Assembly: GCA_015059195.1 (NCBI GenBank)
Contig: SVAW01000002.1
Coordinates: 31,304 to 95,303, forward strand
Reading direction: 5' to 3'
From: Bacillota bacterium
GTDB taxonomy: Bacteria; Bacillota_I; Bacilli_A; RF39; UBA660
Length of the DNA stretch: 64,000 bases
Shown here: positions 20,450-30,464 of the stretch, piece after piece
Layout: every line of letters starts with the position of its first letter
How positions within the stretch are numbered: position 1 is the first letter of the stretch
Position numbers and translations under genes: made by a program
The notes under the pieces: generated by a model
Seen by the model: only the letters and a program-made list of their open reading frames with translations
The model's database searches: none
What the model was told of the DNA's origin: nothing

Positions 20450-21070
20450 CTAACTATTTTTTTTGCAATATTTTTTTAATTTGCATGATTCACAATTTGG
20501 TTTTATTGCTTTACAATAATATCTCCCAAATAATACTAATTGATGATGAATACGTCCTAATTGTTCTCCCGCAAAAAATTTATTTAGTTTTTTTTCAACT
20601 TTATAAACATCATCATTTTTATTAGCAATATTTAATCTCTTACTTACTCTAGAAACATGAGTATCAACTGCGATACAAGACTCATTAAATAAGTTGCTTA
20701 ATACTACGTTTGCAGTCTTCCTACCTACACCACTTAATGATTCTAAAAATAATCTATCATTTGGAACTATACCATCACTTTTTAACAATAAAGCTTCCGC
20801 AATTAATTTTATATTTTGTGCTTTTCTTCTAAAGGTGCCTACCGGTCTTATAATATTAATTAAATCATCAATAGACGCTTCCGCTAAAGACTTTAAATCA
20901 GGATACTTTTCAAACAACACCTCAGTTACCATATTCACTCGTTTATCTGTAGTTTGAGCACTTAGCATAGTTGCGATTAATAATTCATAATCCTTATTAT
21001 AGTTTAATTCACATCTCGGATTAGGAATCAGTTCATCTAAATACTGTATAATTTCTTTACTCTTCATCAT
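20450..21070 (-). CDS. nth: Endonuclease III
   Basis: HhH-GPD motif LSGVGRKTANVV and a C-terminal 4-Cys cluster (CKAIKPNCESCKLKKYC). Confidence 0.9.
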   Translation of the reverse strand: MMKSKEIIQYLDELIPNPRCELNYNKDYELLIATMLSAQTTDKRVNMVTEVLFEKYPDLKSLAEASIDDLINIIRPVGTFRRKAQNIKLIAEALLLKSDGIVPNDRLFLESLSGVGRKTANVVLSNLFNESCIAVDTHVSRVSKRLNIANKNDDVYKVEKKLNKFFAGEQLGRIHHQLVLFGRYYCKAIKPNCESCKLKKYCKKNS

Positions 21071-21707
21071 TTAGCCAATCATAATCTACTTCTTCTGGAT
21101 ACTCTTTTTTCTGAACACTAAACTGCCTTTTACTATTATCTAAATCGGCAGCTGTTTTTATGCCCTTTTTAACCCATTCACTTAATATCTTATCAATATA
21201 ACGTAAATTATTTACCCCATTATACACCGCTTCTTTTAGGGCTAAAAGTATGGTTTCCTCGTCTATATTACTATCTAACCAGGCATTAATAATTTCGTAT
21301 TCCATAGGAGATAGTGTACGTCCAAACTCCTGTTCAAAAGAGTCAAAAATCTGAGAGCTTTCTTTTTTAGGTTTTTCATCCATCAATAAATTTAGTAATT
21401 TGTTATAAAAGCCATCCGTGTTTATTACTTCAGCCCTAACATTATTAACCTTTTTTAGCTCTATCTTAACCAAGTCTAATTCTTTCAAGTGAGTTAATAT
21501 GTCCATCAATTCACCTAATGGAATAGATAATTCCTGACTAATTTTCTTTGGATTAAAAACTTCTTCTCCGCTTAATAAATACGATAGCAAAATCATTTCT
21601 TCCGCACTCATATTTAATTTTCGATAATTATAAAACAATAAGTTCGGTATAACTACATCTTTATTTTTAATAATTTGCTCTAGCTTGTTAACCATTGTTA
21701 TCACCAC
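21057..21707 (-). CDS. dnaD: DnaD-domain replication initiation/membrane attachment protein
   Basis: DnaD C-terminal domain FEQEFGRTLSPMEYEIINAWLD...ILSEWVKKGIKT, and dnaD-nth adjacency as in Bacillus. The likely start is the ATG at 21695. Confidence 0.8.
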   Translation of the reverse strand: MVITMVNKLEQIIKNKDVVIPNLLFYNYRKLNMSAEEMILLSYLLSGEEVFNPKKISQELSIPLGELMDILTHLKELDLVKIELKKVNNVRAEVINTDGFYNKLLNLLMDEKPKKESSQIFDSFEQEFGRTLSPMEYEIINAWLDSNIDEETILLALKEAVYNGVNNLRYIDKILSEWVKKGIKTAADLDNSKRQFSVQKKEYPEEVDYDWLNDEE

Positions 21708-21726
21708 ACTTTAATTATATATCATT

Positions 21727-22851
21727 TTATTTGTTTTGTACATCGCCATATTTATTCACAATATAACTCTTTAGAGACTCAAACTGGTTTTCGACTACGT
21801 GATCTAATATTGAGTTTTCTAAATCCTCTATAATTTCCTTAATATAAGGTCCTGGTTTTCGATTTAAAATCTGCGCTATATCGTTCCCTTTAATCATAAT
21901 ATCATTTGTGCTGTGGATAACTAAATCATTATATTTTTTAGTGACTATCTTTTTAGGTAATTTTAATATTTCAGCAGCAATAGAACAATTATATAAGCCA
22001 TAATGATATAAAATCTTGGAATCATATAAATCTAATTCTAATAACCTTTGAATACCCTTTATAGTTTCTTTATCATGCTTCGAAAAACCATAAATATCCT
22101 CTACTCCTAGTTGAGACCAAATGCCAATTAAACTCGGAGTAATCACTAAATTATCTATATTTGATAACTCTAAACTTTCTACCAACTCTAATTCTTTTAG
22201 TAGAGAAATTCCATAATGAGCATTAGAACTACTAAATATTTTTTCTAGTTCAGTTTGTTTGCGATAATATGATAACTTTTTCAATAAGTGCCCATATTTT
22301 TTAATATATTTTTTTAAATTGTCATCTAGTCTAAAATTTAGAATTGTAGCAAATCGAATAGCCCTTAGAATTCTTAAAGCATCCTCTTTTAATCGTTTTT
22401 TCGGATTACCCACCATCCTTATTACTTTATCATCCAAATCTCTTATAGCACCCAACAAATCAATTATTTCTCCATTCTCATCCATACACAGTGTATTAAT
22501 GGTGAAATCTCTTCTTTTCACATCATCAAGCAAGCTATCTATATATTTAATCTTAATAGGCAAACGGTTATTTTCGTATTTCAATTCTTTGCGAAATGTT
22601 GTAATTTCAAATCTTATCTTATTGTATACAATTGTTACAGACCCATAGTTTACTGAGGGCAACATGGCCCCACCAAAAATTTCTTTTAACTCCTGGGGAG
22701 TCGCATTAGTACATATATCGACATCCATACTGTGTCTATTTAAATATAAATCACGAACATATCCTCCGACAACATAAGACTTAAATCCTGCAGTATTAAT
22801 TTTTTTTAAAATTTTTAAAGTTGCCCCATACATATTATCACATCTTTCCAA
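21727..22851 (-). CDS. cca: CCA-adding tRNA nucleotidyltransferase
   Basis: PolyA polymerase-family head motifs GGYVRDLYL...DVDI and RRDFTINT. Confidence 0.85.
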   Translation of the reverse strand: MERCDNMYGATLKILKKINTAGFKSYVVGGYVRDLYLNRHSMDVDICTNATPQELKEIFGGAMLPSVNYGSVTIVYNKIRFEITTFRKELKYENNRLPIKIKYIDSLLDDVKRRDFTINTLCMDENGEIIDLLGAIRDLDDKVIRMVGNPKKRLKEDALRILRAIRFATILNFRLDDNLKKYIKKYGHLLKKLSYYRKQTELEKIFSSSNAHYGISLLKELELVESLELSNIDNLVITPSLIGIWSQLGVEDIYGFSKHDKETIKGIQRLLELDLYDSKILYHYGLYNCSIAAEILKLPKKIVTKKYNDLVIHSTNDIMIKGNDIAQILNRKPGPYIKEIIEDLENSILDHVVENQFESLKSYIVNKYGDVQNK

Positions 22852-22872
22852 GAAAAAAAGGCCGTTAGCCTT

Positions 22873-23145
22873 TTAGTTTAAAGCGTCTTTTAATTTAGAA
22901 CCAGCTTTAATTGTAGCAGCAACTCTAGCTGGGATTTTAACTGTTTCACCAGTTCTAGGGTTACGGCCTTCTTTAGCTGCTTTCTTTTTAGCAGTAAAAG
23001 TACAGAAACCTGTTAAAGTTACTTTACCTTCTGTTTTTAATCCTTTAATAACACCATTCATCATTGCTTCTAAAGCACGAGATGCATCTGCTTTTGTTAA
23101 CCCAGCTTCTTCTGCAATAAAGTTAACTAATTCTGTCTTTGACAT
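22873..23145 (-). CDS. hup: DNA-binding protein HU
   Basis: Canonical HU sequence MSKTELVNFIAEEAGLTKADA...GRNPRTGETVKIPA. Confidence 0.97.
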   Translation of the reverse strand: MSKTELVNFIAEEAGLTKADASRALEAMMNGVIKGLKTEGKVTLTGFCTFTAKKKAAKEGRNPRTGETVKIPARVAATIKAGSKLKDALN

Positions 23146-23402
23146 ATGTTCTAACCTCCTATAATTAATAAGCTATCTTGCTTACATTTACAGGATACCA
23201 TGTTTCTATAATAAAATCAATATATTTTGCTATTTTTTTACCTATAAAAGCTAAAAATAATTAACAATTTATACAGATATATTCTTAGATCAAATACCTT
23301 AAATCAAGTAACCTGTTATTATTTTCCCTGTATCGATAATCGGTAATTATCTATTAGTTAGTTTCAACTAGTTTACTTAACACTTTATTTTAATAATTAA
23401 AT

Positions 23403-24878
23403 TTATAAAACTATAGCAAATAAATTACCTGAACCACGATTAACTAATTTAGATAATGTTTGTTGTAATTTATAACGAGCGTTTTCTGGAAGCATAGATA
23501 ATTTAGCTTGAATTCCTTCTTTAACTATAACATCTAAACTGCGTCCAAATATTTCACTTTTCCAAATACTATCTGGCTCATTATCATAATCGCGCATAAT
23601 ATAGTTAATAAGTTCTTTGCTTTGAACCTCTGATCCTATGATTGGTTCAAAAGTACTTTCCACATCTACTCTAATCATATGAATAGATGGGGCTACAGCC
23701 TTTAATTTAATACCATATCTACTACCTTGTTTTAATATTTCGGGTGTATCCAATTTCATATCAGAAAGTGTTGGAGATGCCACACCATATCCAGTTGTTT
23801 TCACCATTTTTAAAGCAGTTTTTATTTGATCGTATTCCAATTTCGCCTCGTTATAATCTTGAAATAATCTAAGCAATTGTGATTTACTTGAGATATCTAT
23901 ACCTATGATATCTTTTAGTACTCTATTATAAAGATTTGATGGTGCTTGAAGAGTAACTGTCACTTCACCCGTAGAAGTATCCACATTTGATAAATATGCC
24001 TTACTTATATACTCACAATCACTAAAATGTTTTGTAATATGTTCGACGTCTCTTAATTTATCAATTTCTATAACACTTTCTTTGATTTTTTCCATATATA
24101 CTTTTTTCAGCCAATTATTTGGTGATAAACAAGCAATCCATTCTGGCATATCCACTTTGACTTCTAATACCGGAAATTCATATAATGCCTCTCTTAAAAT
24201 TGAATAAATATCCCTTTCTGACATATTTTCAACACTAATAGGAAGAACTGGTACTCCATAAGAATCCTTCAAACCTTCTGCCATACGCTCTGTTTCTGGA
24301 AGCATTGGATGTGTAGAATTTAATAGTACTATAAATGGTTTACCTATTTCCTTTAGTTCGCTGACAATTCTTTCTTCTGCCTCTATATAATTTTGTCTCT
24401 CTAGTTCACCTATTGAACCATCAGTTGTAACAACAATTCCAATACTAGAATGATCCTTAATAACTTTTTCTGTACCTATTTCAGCAGCTTCAATAAACGG
24501 AATTTCATCATCATACCATGGTGTCCTAACCATCCTAGGACCATTATCATCTTCATAACCTTTAGCCCCAGGAATTACATATCCTACGCAGTCTACCAAC
24601 CTAACATTAGCACTAAAATCATCTATTTTAATATTAGCTGCATTACTAGGAACAAATTTGGGCTCTGTAGTCATTATTGTTTTGCCTTGTGCACTTTGCG
24701 GAATCTCATCTAAGGCACGCTTTTTTTCATACTCATCTATAATATTAGGAACCACCAAGTTTTCAATAAACTTCTTAATGAATGTAGATTTACCTGTTCT
24801 TACTGCCCCCACTACACCCAAATATAAATCTCCCCCAGTTCTTTCAGTAATACTTTTTATAATTTCTTGTTTTTCCAT
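23403..24878 (-). CDS. spoIVA: Stage IV sporulation protein A (spore coat morphogenetic ATPase)
   Basis: LGVVGAVRTGKSTFIKKF Walker A, the conserved TTEPKFVP, and the expected length and C-terminus. The gene is adjacent to hup, as in Bacillus. Confidence 0.93.
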   Translation of the reverse strand: MEKQEIIKSITERTGGDLYLGVVGAVRTGKSTFIKKFIENLVVPNIIDEYEKKRALDEIPQSAQGKTIMTTEPKFVPSNAANIKIDDFSANVRLVDCVGYVIPGAKGYEDDNGPRMVRTPWYDDEIPFIEAAEIGTEKVIKDHSSIGIVVTTDGSIGELERQNYIEAEERIVSELKEIGKPFIVLLNSTHPMLPETERMAEGLKDSYGVPVLPISVENMSERDIYSILREALYEFPVLEVKVDMPEWIACLSPNNWLKKVYMEKIKESVIEIDKLRDVEHITKHFSDCEYISKAYLSNVDTSTGEVTVTLQAPSNLYNRVLKDIIGIDISSKSQLLRLFQDYNEAKLEYDQIKTALKMVKTTGYGVASPTLSDMKLDTPEILKQGSRYGIKLKAVAPSIHMIRVDVESTFEPIIGSEVQSKELINYIMRDYDNEPDSIWKSEIFGRSLDVIVKEGIQAKLSMLPENARYKLQQTLSKLVNRGSGNLFAIVL

Positions 24879-24951
24879 ATAATCCCTACTTTCCTATAAT
24901 TCATTAAACTATATGAAAATTTTCGGGTATATATGCACAAAAAAAAAGAAT

Positions 24952-25563
24952 TTAAAAAAATTCTTCTGTTTTCACTTTACTTCTCCCATTTTCAATATTT
25001 TTAAAATCTTCTTCAATAGGTAATATCCCGTTATCTAAAAAATTATCACCTAACGCTACCATTATTTTAAGAAAACTATCATTTACTAATTGATAAACAT
25101 ATTCTTGAACCTCACCAGTTCTTTTAGCAAATGATAAAGATGTATTCTTTCTAATTAACATAGCCATTATATTTTGACTACATTCGTCCACTAATCCTAA
25201 ATAACTAATATTTGTACCAGCACTGATACTAGCAAAAAGCATTTTATATTTAGCAATTTCCTCAAGAATAATCGCATCTATATCGGAATCTTGTTCTTCC
25301 ATTTTATATCTCATCATGCCTATATTACTATCCATCGATTTTTTTAAGTTATAATGTTTTTTTCTATAAATTTTTTCTATGATGCCATGAAGTTCCTCTT
25401 TGGTAAATAAGATGGTTGGATACTTAGTATGAATATACTCTATAATGTTAACCTCTAACTCATCTAAACAAGTTGAACTAACTTCAAACGCTTGTTGGAC
25501 TACATTAGAAGACATCCCTTCTAAAGCCAGAACAAATTCATTTATTTTAGTTTGTCTATCCAT
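24952..25563 (-). CDS. Hypothetical protein
   Basis: A 203-aa ORF with no motif I recognise. Coding is supported by its length and by having no competing frame. Confidence 0.4.
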   Translation of the reverse strand: MDRQTKINEFVLALEGMSSNVVQQAFEVSSTCLDELEVNIIEYIHTKYPTILFTKEELHGIIEKIYRKKHYNLKKSMDSNIGMMRYKMEEQDSDIDAIILEEIAKYKMLFASISAGTNISYLGLVDECSQNIMAMLIRKNTSLSFAKRTGEVQEYVYQLVNDSFLKIMVALGDNFLDNGILPIEEDFKNIENGRSKVKTEEFF

Positions 25564-25640
25564 ATTACCACCTATTATTATTTTATCACAAAATATCTAT
25601 CTATTAAACCAAAAATGTAAAATTATACACTACTTTGTCG

Positions 25641-25886
25641 TTAAAACATTCCCCCAATATCCTTAGGAACCTTATCATTTACCACAGCTTTTATAATTTT
25701 GTCTTCTTTATCCTTTGACACTTCCTTGCCAGTCATTTTACCTAATTCTTGAATTACTTCACGAAGTGTTGCTTCATTTTTTAAATCCGATTTTTGAAGT
25801 TTAGATGCCAAATTCAAAATAGTATCCTTTCCAACATTGGTTTTTTTCTCTACTTTGTTAAAAAAATTATCTGAAAAATTAAACAT
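25641..25886 (-). CDS. spoVIF: Stage VI sporulation protein F-like
   Basis: FFNKVEKKTNVGKDTILNLASKLQKSDLKNEATLREVIQELGKMTGKEVSKDKEDKII closely parallels B. subtilis SpoVIF (YjcC). Confidence 0.7.
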   Translation of the reverse strand: MFNFSDNFFNKVEKKTNVGKDTILNLASKLQKSDLKNEATLREVIQELGKMTGKEVSKDKEDKIIKAVVNDKVPKDIGGMF

Positions 25887-25957
25887 ATCAACCCTCCTGA
25901 TTTATTATATGTTTTTTTGATAATTGTGCTATACTATTAACATAGGAGGTATCACTA

Positions 25958-26494
25958 ATGAGAATTTTTATAGCTTGTTCATCAAGCAATAATATCCCCA
26001 AACAATATTTAACAGAAAGCAAAGATTTTCTAATTCAACTTTTTAACAAAAATCACGAATTAATTTTCGGTACTAGTCGCAATGGCATTTTAGGTTTATC
26101 TTATGAAATAGCCAAAAAATACAATTGCAAAATAACGGCTGTTTACACTCCAAAACAAATTAGCGATTTAAGGCAACTAGCATGCAACGAAGAAATAATT
26201 GCTGATAGTGTCGTACAAAGAACTCAACAATTAATCAGTAATAGTGATATTATTATCTTTTTGCCTGGTGGCATCGGAACTTTCTATGAATTAATTTCAG
26301 TAATAGAAATGAAACGTAACGGTGAGATAAATCACCCAATAATTATTTATAATTTAAATAATTATTTTGATAATTTATTTTCTTGTTTTAAAAAAATTTT
26401 CTTAAACAATTTTTCATCTGATGAAATAGAAAGCTATTGTTATATTACTAATCAAGCAAAAGATATATTAGACTATATTAATAAATTGTTATAA
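25958..26494 (+). CDS. LOG/TIGR00730 family Rossmann-fold nucleotide-binding protein
   Basis: PGGIGTFYELISVIE matches the PGGxGTxxE signature. Confidence 0.7.
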   Translation: MRIFIACSSSNNIPKQYLTESKDFLIQLFNKNHELIFGTSRNGILGLSYEIAKKYNCKITAVYTPKQISDLRQLACNEEIIADSVVQRTQQLISNSDIIIFLPGGIGTFYELISVIEMKRNGEINHPIIIYNLNNYFDNLFSCFKKIFLNNFSSDEIESYCYITNQAKDILDYINKLL

Positions 26495-26508
26495 AAAAGG
26501 AGAGAGGT

Positions 26509-27825
26509 TTATTCCTCTTCTCCTTTATTTTTAAATTGTAAAACTATAGGTGTTCCACTAAAATCAAATGCTTCCCTTAACTTGTTCTCTAAATATCTCT
26601 CATATGAAAAATGAATTAATCCCCTACTATTAACTTGTATATCAAAAGTTGGTGGACAGGTAGCAACTTGTTTACTAAAATAAATTTTTAAGCGTTTACC
26701 TTTATATGTTGGTGGTAAATTAAGCGAATAAGCATCAGTAATAACATCATTTAATGCACTGGTTGCTATTTCTTTTTTACTATTCTCAAAACACTTTAAT
26801 ATTTCTGGCATAAGCGTATGAATTCTCTTCTTAGTCAACGCCGATAAAAATACAATTGGTGCATACTGAATAAACTGAAAATTATTTCTAATCAAATTAG
26901 TAAACTCCTTAATTGCGCTATCTTTATTATCGATGGTATCCCATTTATTAACTACTATTACTATTGGTTTCCCTGCTTCTAAAGCATATCCAGCAATATG
27001 CTTATCATGTTCAATAATACCTTCTTCTGCATTCAACACTAATAAACATACATCAGATCGATCAATTGCTTTTAAAGAACGTAATAAACTATATTTTTCT
27101 ACATTTTCATAAACCTTACCACGCTTGCGCATTCCAGCGGTATCTATTACTACATACTCTTCACCATGGTAAGTAAATGGTGTATCAATCGCATCCCTAG
27201 TAGTTCCAGCTACATTAGAAACAATTGTACGTTCTTCATTTAAAATAGCATTTACTAAGCTACTCTTTCCTACATTCGGTCTTCCAATTACGGAAAATTT
27301 AATTATATCAGAATTATACTCTTCTTCAAATTTTGGAAAATCTTTAGTTGTTTTTTCTAACAAATCGTAAATTCCAATATTTTGTTCACCACTAACCTCT
27401 ATATATTCATCAAAACCTAATTCATAAAAATCATATACATTATCTTTAGCTAATCGACTATCAATTTTGTTTATAACTACAATAACAGGCTTCCCTGACT
27501 TTAATAACATATCTTTAACCACTAAGTCATTAGTTGTTATACCTTCTTTTCCATCAACTACAAACAAAATAACATCTGCCTCATCTATTGCTAGTTCAGC
27601 TTGCACTTTAATTTCATCATTAAACGAATCTTCACTTAAATCTATACCCCCGGTATCAATTAAATGAAAAGAATAATCGTCAAATTTAACATTTCCATAT
27701 ATACGGTCCCTAGTAATTCCAGGTGTATCTTCAATTATAGATACTTTTTTCCCCACCAAACGATTAAATATTGTTGATTTTCCTACGTTTGGTCTACCTA
27801 CTAGTGCAACAACTGGTTTTTTCAT
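26509..27825 (-). CDS. der: Ribosome-associated GTPase Der (EngA)
   Basis: Two tandem GTPase domains (GRPNVGKST twice, DTGG/DTAG, NKID/NKWD) and a KH-like C-terminus. Confidence 0.97.
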   Translation of the reverse strand: MKKPVVALVGRPNVGKSTIFNRLVGKKVSIIEDTPGITRDRIYGNVKFDDYSFHLIDTGGIDLSEDSFNDEIKVQAELAIDEADVILFVVDGKEGITTNDLVVKDMLLKSGKPVIVVINKIDSRLAKDNVYDFYELGFDEYIEVSGEQNIGIYDLLEKTTKDFPKFEEEYNSDIIKFSVIGRPNVGKSSLVNAILNEERTIVSNVAGTTRDAIDTPFTYHGEEYVVIDTAGMRKRGKVYENVEKYSLLRSLKAIDRSDVCLLVLNAEEGIIEHDKHIAGYALEAGKPIVIVVNKWDTIDNKDSAIKEFTNLIRNNFQFIQYAPIVFLSALTKKRIHTLMPEILKCFENSKKEIATSALNDVITDAYSLNLPPTYKGKRLKIYFSKQVATCPPTFDIQVNSRGLIHFSYERYLENKLREAFDFSGTPIVLQFKNKGEEE

Positions 27826-27871
27826 ATTACCACCTCTGTTTCGTACTTATTATAACATATCTTCAGTTTTT

Positions 27872-28381
27872 TCAGACAAAAAGTTGCTTAGTTTTAATAT
27901 CTTTACAATGTCTAATTAATCTTTCCGCTTTATTCCCATAAATAATACAACTATTTTCTATTAAATGCCCCAGGAGCTGTTGGGTGATTGTTTTCTTTGG
28001 TAACGCATAAATATCATTATTATCCCTAAATAAGTGGCAATATGATACTACCCGTTCATTTAAGACACTAACAGTACTTAACTTGAACAAAAATTTTTGA
28101 TTATTGTCAATTGATATTTTCATATCGATATGATCATCATAATAATCATAAAAATCTATTGCCTCTTTTTTTATATCTAAAACATAGCCATAAATTTTAT
28201 CATAATAAATATTAATATCGTAATATCCTGAAACATTTATATTATAAAAACTGCCAAGTCTCTTAAATAATCCTTTAAAATAAATTTCAAAATCCCTCGG
28301 CAATTCAAACTTACTATCCTTAAAATATAATTTATTTAAAAAAACTATAAAATTATCATCACTTAGTTTTTCTATTTTCAT
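27872..28381 (-). CDS. Hypothetical protein, possibly a short MecA-like adaptor
   Basis: The N-terminus MKIEKLSDDNFIVFL resembles the MecA start MEIERINEHTVKF. There is a weak C-terminal resemblance. The call is low confidence. Confidence 0.3.
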   Translation of the reverse strand: MKIEKLSDDNFIVFLNKLYFKDSKFELPRDFEIYFKGLFKRLGSFYNINVSGYYDINIYYDKIYGYVLDIKKEAIDFYDYYDDHIDMKISIDNNQKFLFKLSTVSVLNERVVSYCHLFRDNNDIYALPKKTITQQLLGHLIENSCIIYGNKAERLIRHCKDIKTKQLFV

Positions 28382-28427
28382 AAAATCACCTAAAGTATTT
28401 TATGAATTAACAGCAATAATGAGATAA

Positions 28428-29009
28428 TTAAATAGTTCTTTCTATTTTTCCATGAATTTCATCACGACCTAATTTTGTAACATTGGAAAACATTACAAAA
28501 TCATCACCAACTACTAAATCTAATTCTTCTAAAATTGTGGCACGTTGTTTTTGTTGTAATGTAATACCTATCTTATCTGTTTTAGTGGCCACTATGGTTA
28601 CTGGGATCTTATAATGCTTTAAATAATTATACATCATAAGATCATCATTGGTTGGCTTATGTCTAAAATCAATTAACATAAACACTTGCTTTAAATTTTT
28701 TCTATTAGTCAAATAATCTTCCATCATTAATCCGAATTTTTTTTGTTTTGCTTTATTTAAATTAGCATATCCATATCCTGGAGCATCTACTAAATAAAAT
28801 AAATCGTTTACCAAATAAAAATTAATTGTTTGTGTTTTCCCTGGAGTAGCAGAAGTTCTAGCATAATTCTTACGATTAATAAGGGTATTTATAAAACTAC
28901 TCTTTCCTACATTAGAACGCCCAACCAACAAAAACTCTGGTTTTTCATCAGTTGGATACTGACTACGTCTAACTGCACTAATAGCTAAATTAACACTGTT
29001 AATTTTCAT
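28428..29009 (-). CDS. engB: Ribosome biogenesis GTPase EngB/YsxC
   Basis: GRSNVGKSSFIN, DAPGYGYA and TKTDK motifs. Confidence 0.93.
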   Translation of the reverse strand: MKINSVNLAISAVRRSQYPTDEKPEFLLVGRSNVGKSSFINTLINRKNYARTSATPGKTQTINFYLVNDLFYLVDAPGYGYANLNKAKQKKFGLMMEDYLTNRKNLKQVFMLIDFRHKPTNDDLMMYNYLKHYKIPVTIVATKTDKIGITLQQKQRATILEELDLVVGDDFVMFSNVTKLGRDEIHGKIERTI

Positions 29010-29168
29010 ATTACCACCTTACTATTTTTGCGACTAATTAATTATAGCATTTAAATATATTATTGTCAAAAGGTGTAACTAATATAGTTATAATTGCTTT
29101 ACACATTTGCCTTGAATTTTTGTATTTTCACACCCGCTAAACAAATCATTTCCTAATTCTTATTGAAA

Positions 29169-29690
29169 CTATCTATTTTTTATAATACTATTTGCTACAA
29201 TACAATTTTCTTCATCAAATATTTTTCCATTCATAGCACCAGAATGATCCTCTAATAACATTTTCATTAAAGTTTCTCTATCTACAAATGATATTTTAAA
29301 ATCTTCCTTTATTTCACCCTCAGTAAGATTCATTTGTTCTGTATTAATTTCTTTATCAGTTTTCACATAATAATATGTTGTAATTGTATGTCTTGGTTTT
29401 ATTTGCTTAGTTTTATAGTCTATGGCATCATCATACATTGTTTCTAACTCTAGTATTTTATGAAATTTAGAAACTTGAAAATCGATTCCTGTTTCCTCTC
29501 TTATTTCTCTTTGAATAGCAGATAATTCATCTTCATTTTGTTCACAAGTGCCGCCCGGAAATATACATTTACCTGCTTCCATAGTAATCGCAAAACAAGC
29601 AGAATTATTTTCAATAATAGCCCTAACTTTTCTATATGCCTGCCAAGTTTCATTAGGTATTAAGTTTTTGGGATTTATTAATATTTTCAT
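29169..29690 (-). CDS. NUDIX hydrolase
   Basis: Nudix box GGTCEQNEDELSAIQREIREETGI. Confidence 0.85.
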   Translation of the reverse strand: MKILINPKNLIPNETWQAYRKVRAIIENNSACFAITMEAGKCIFPGGTCEQNEDELSAIQREIREETGIDFQVSKFHKILELETMYDDAIDYKTKQIKPRHTITTYYYVKTDKEINTEQMNLTEGEIKEDFKISFVDRETLMKMLLEDHSGAMNGKIFDEENCIVANSIIKNR

Positions 29691-29792
29691 TATATCACTC
29701 TCTCATCTGTTCTTTCGCAAAAATGATTAAACATAATCAAAGCACATTTTTTTATTTAAAAACCTTTATAAAATAAAGGTTAAAATCATCAT

Positions 29793-30134
29793 TGGTGGAG
29801 CTGAGGAGAATCGAACTCCTGTCCAAGTATTTCTTCATATAAACTTCTACAAGCTTATTTAGTTATTGAATGTCCTAATAAATACGGTAACTAACAATCC
29901 AATTTATCAGTAAGCTTATTATTTTCATTATTACTTCTAAGCTAAATAATAATATATCCTACTAAATCGAGCCTCTTATTATCTTCGTAGGAAAAAGATA
30001 AAAGAAGCAGCCTTCTATATTATTAAGCGAAAGCTAATTGATTTCTGTTTCCAGTTATTTTTTGTTTGCACGTAACGTGTGCCTCCGGCTTGCCATTTAT
30101 ACTCTAAAATACCTGTCGAAACCTGAACAGCCCC
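29793..30134 (-). ncRNA. ssrA: tmRNA (SsrA)
   Basis: On the minus strand the 5' end is GGGGCTGTTCAGGTTTCGACAGG and the 3' end is GGAGTTCGATTCTCCTCAGCTCCACCA. The tag reading frame after ATAACT reads GGA AAC AGA AAT CAA TTA GCT TTC GCT TAA TAA, giving (A)GNRNQLAFA. Confidence 0.93.
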
Positions 30135-30197
30135 ATGTGACTGTATTATATCACATTTATATTGTTTTTGCATCTTATTATAAAAAAGTGAGAATTT

Positions 30198-30455
30198 TTA
30201 CTTCTCACTTTCGTCACGATCATCCAAATATTTTAATAAAATTCCTAATGTTTTTGTATCATTAACTCTGCTGAAATACAAATGACCATCTCTTTCTTTC
30301 TCTTGTAATACAGCAAATTCATTAGTAAAATCATGTCCATCAGGAGTAATTCTAACTGTTAAATAATAACTATTTCCTTTAAATACAGCTTGTTTTAAAA
30401 TAAAATATTTTTCTTCTTCGCTAAATTTAATTGTTTTATTTGTTCTATTTTCCAT
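30198..30455 (-). CDS. Small acidic hypothetical protein
   Basis: An 85-aa ORF placed tightly downstream of the 558-aa gene. It bears a vague resemblance to DUF1292-type proteins, which I could not verify. Confidence 0.4.
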   Translation of the reverse strand: MENRTNKTIKFSEEEKYFILKQAVFKGNSYYLTVRITPDGHDFTNEFAVLQEKERDGHLYFSRVNDTKTLGILLKYLDDRDESEK

Positions 30456-30464
30456 AATATCCTC

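Noticed and set aside
29761-29781. Hairpin AACCTTTAT-AAA-ATAAAGGTT just downstream of the tmRNA 3' end, as a terminator
   Set aside because: The stem is AT-rich and weak. On the minus strand only TTT follows before an A-rich tract, so I did not list it as a feature.
30038-30265. 75-aa plus-strand ORF
   Set aside because: It lies antisense across the 5' half of the tmRNA gene, so the region is explained by ssrA.
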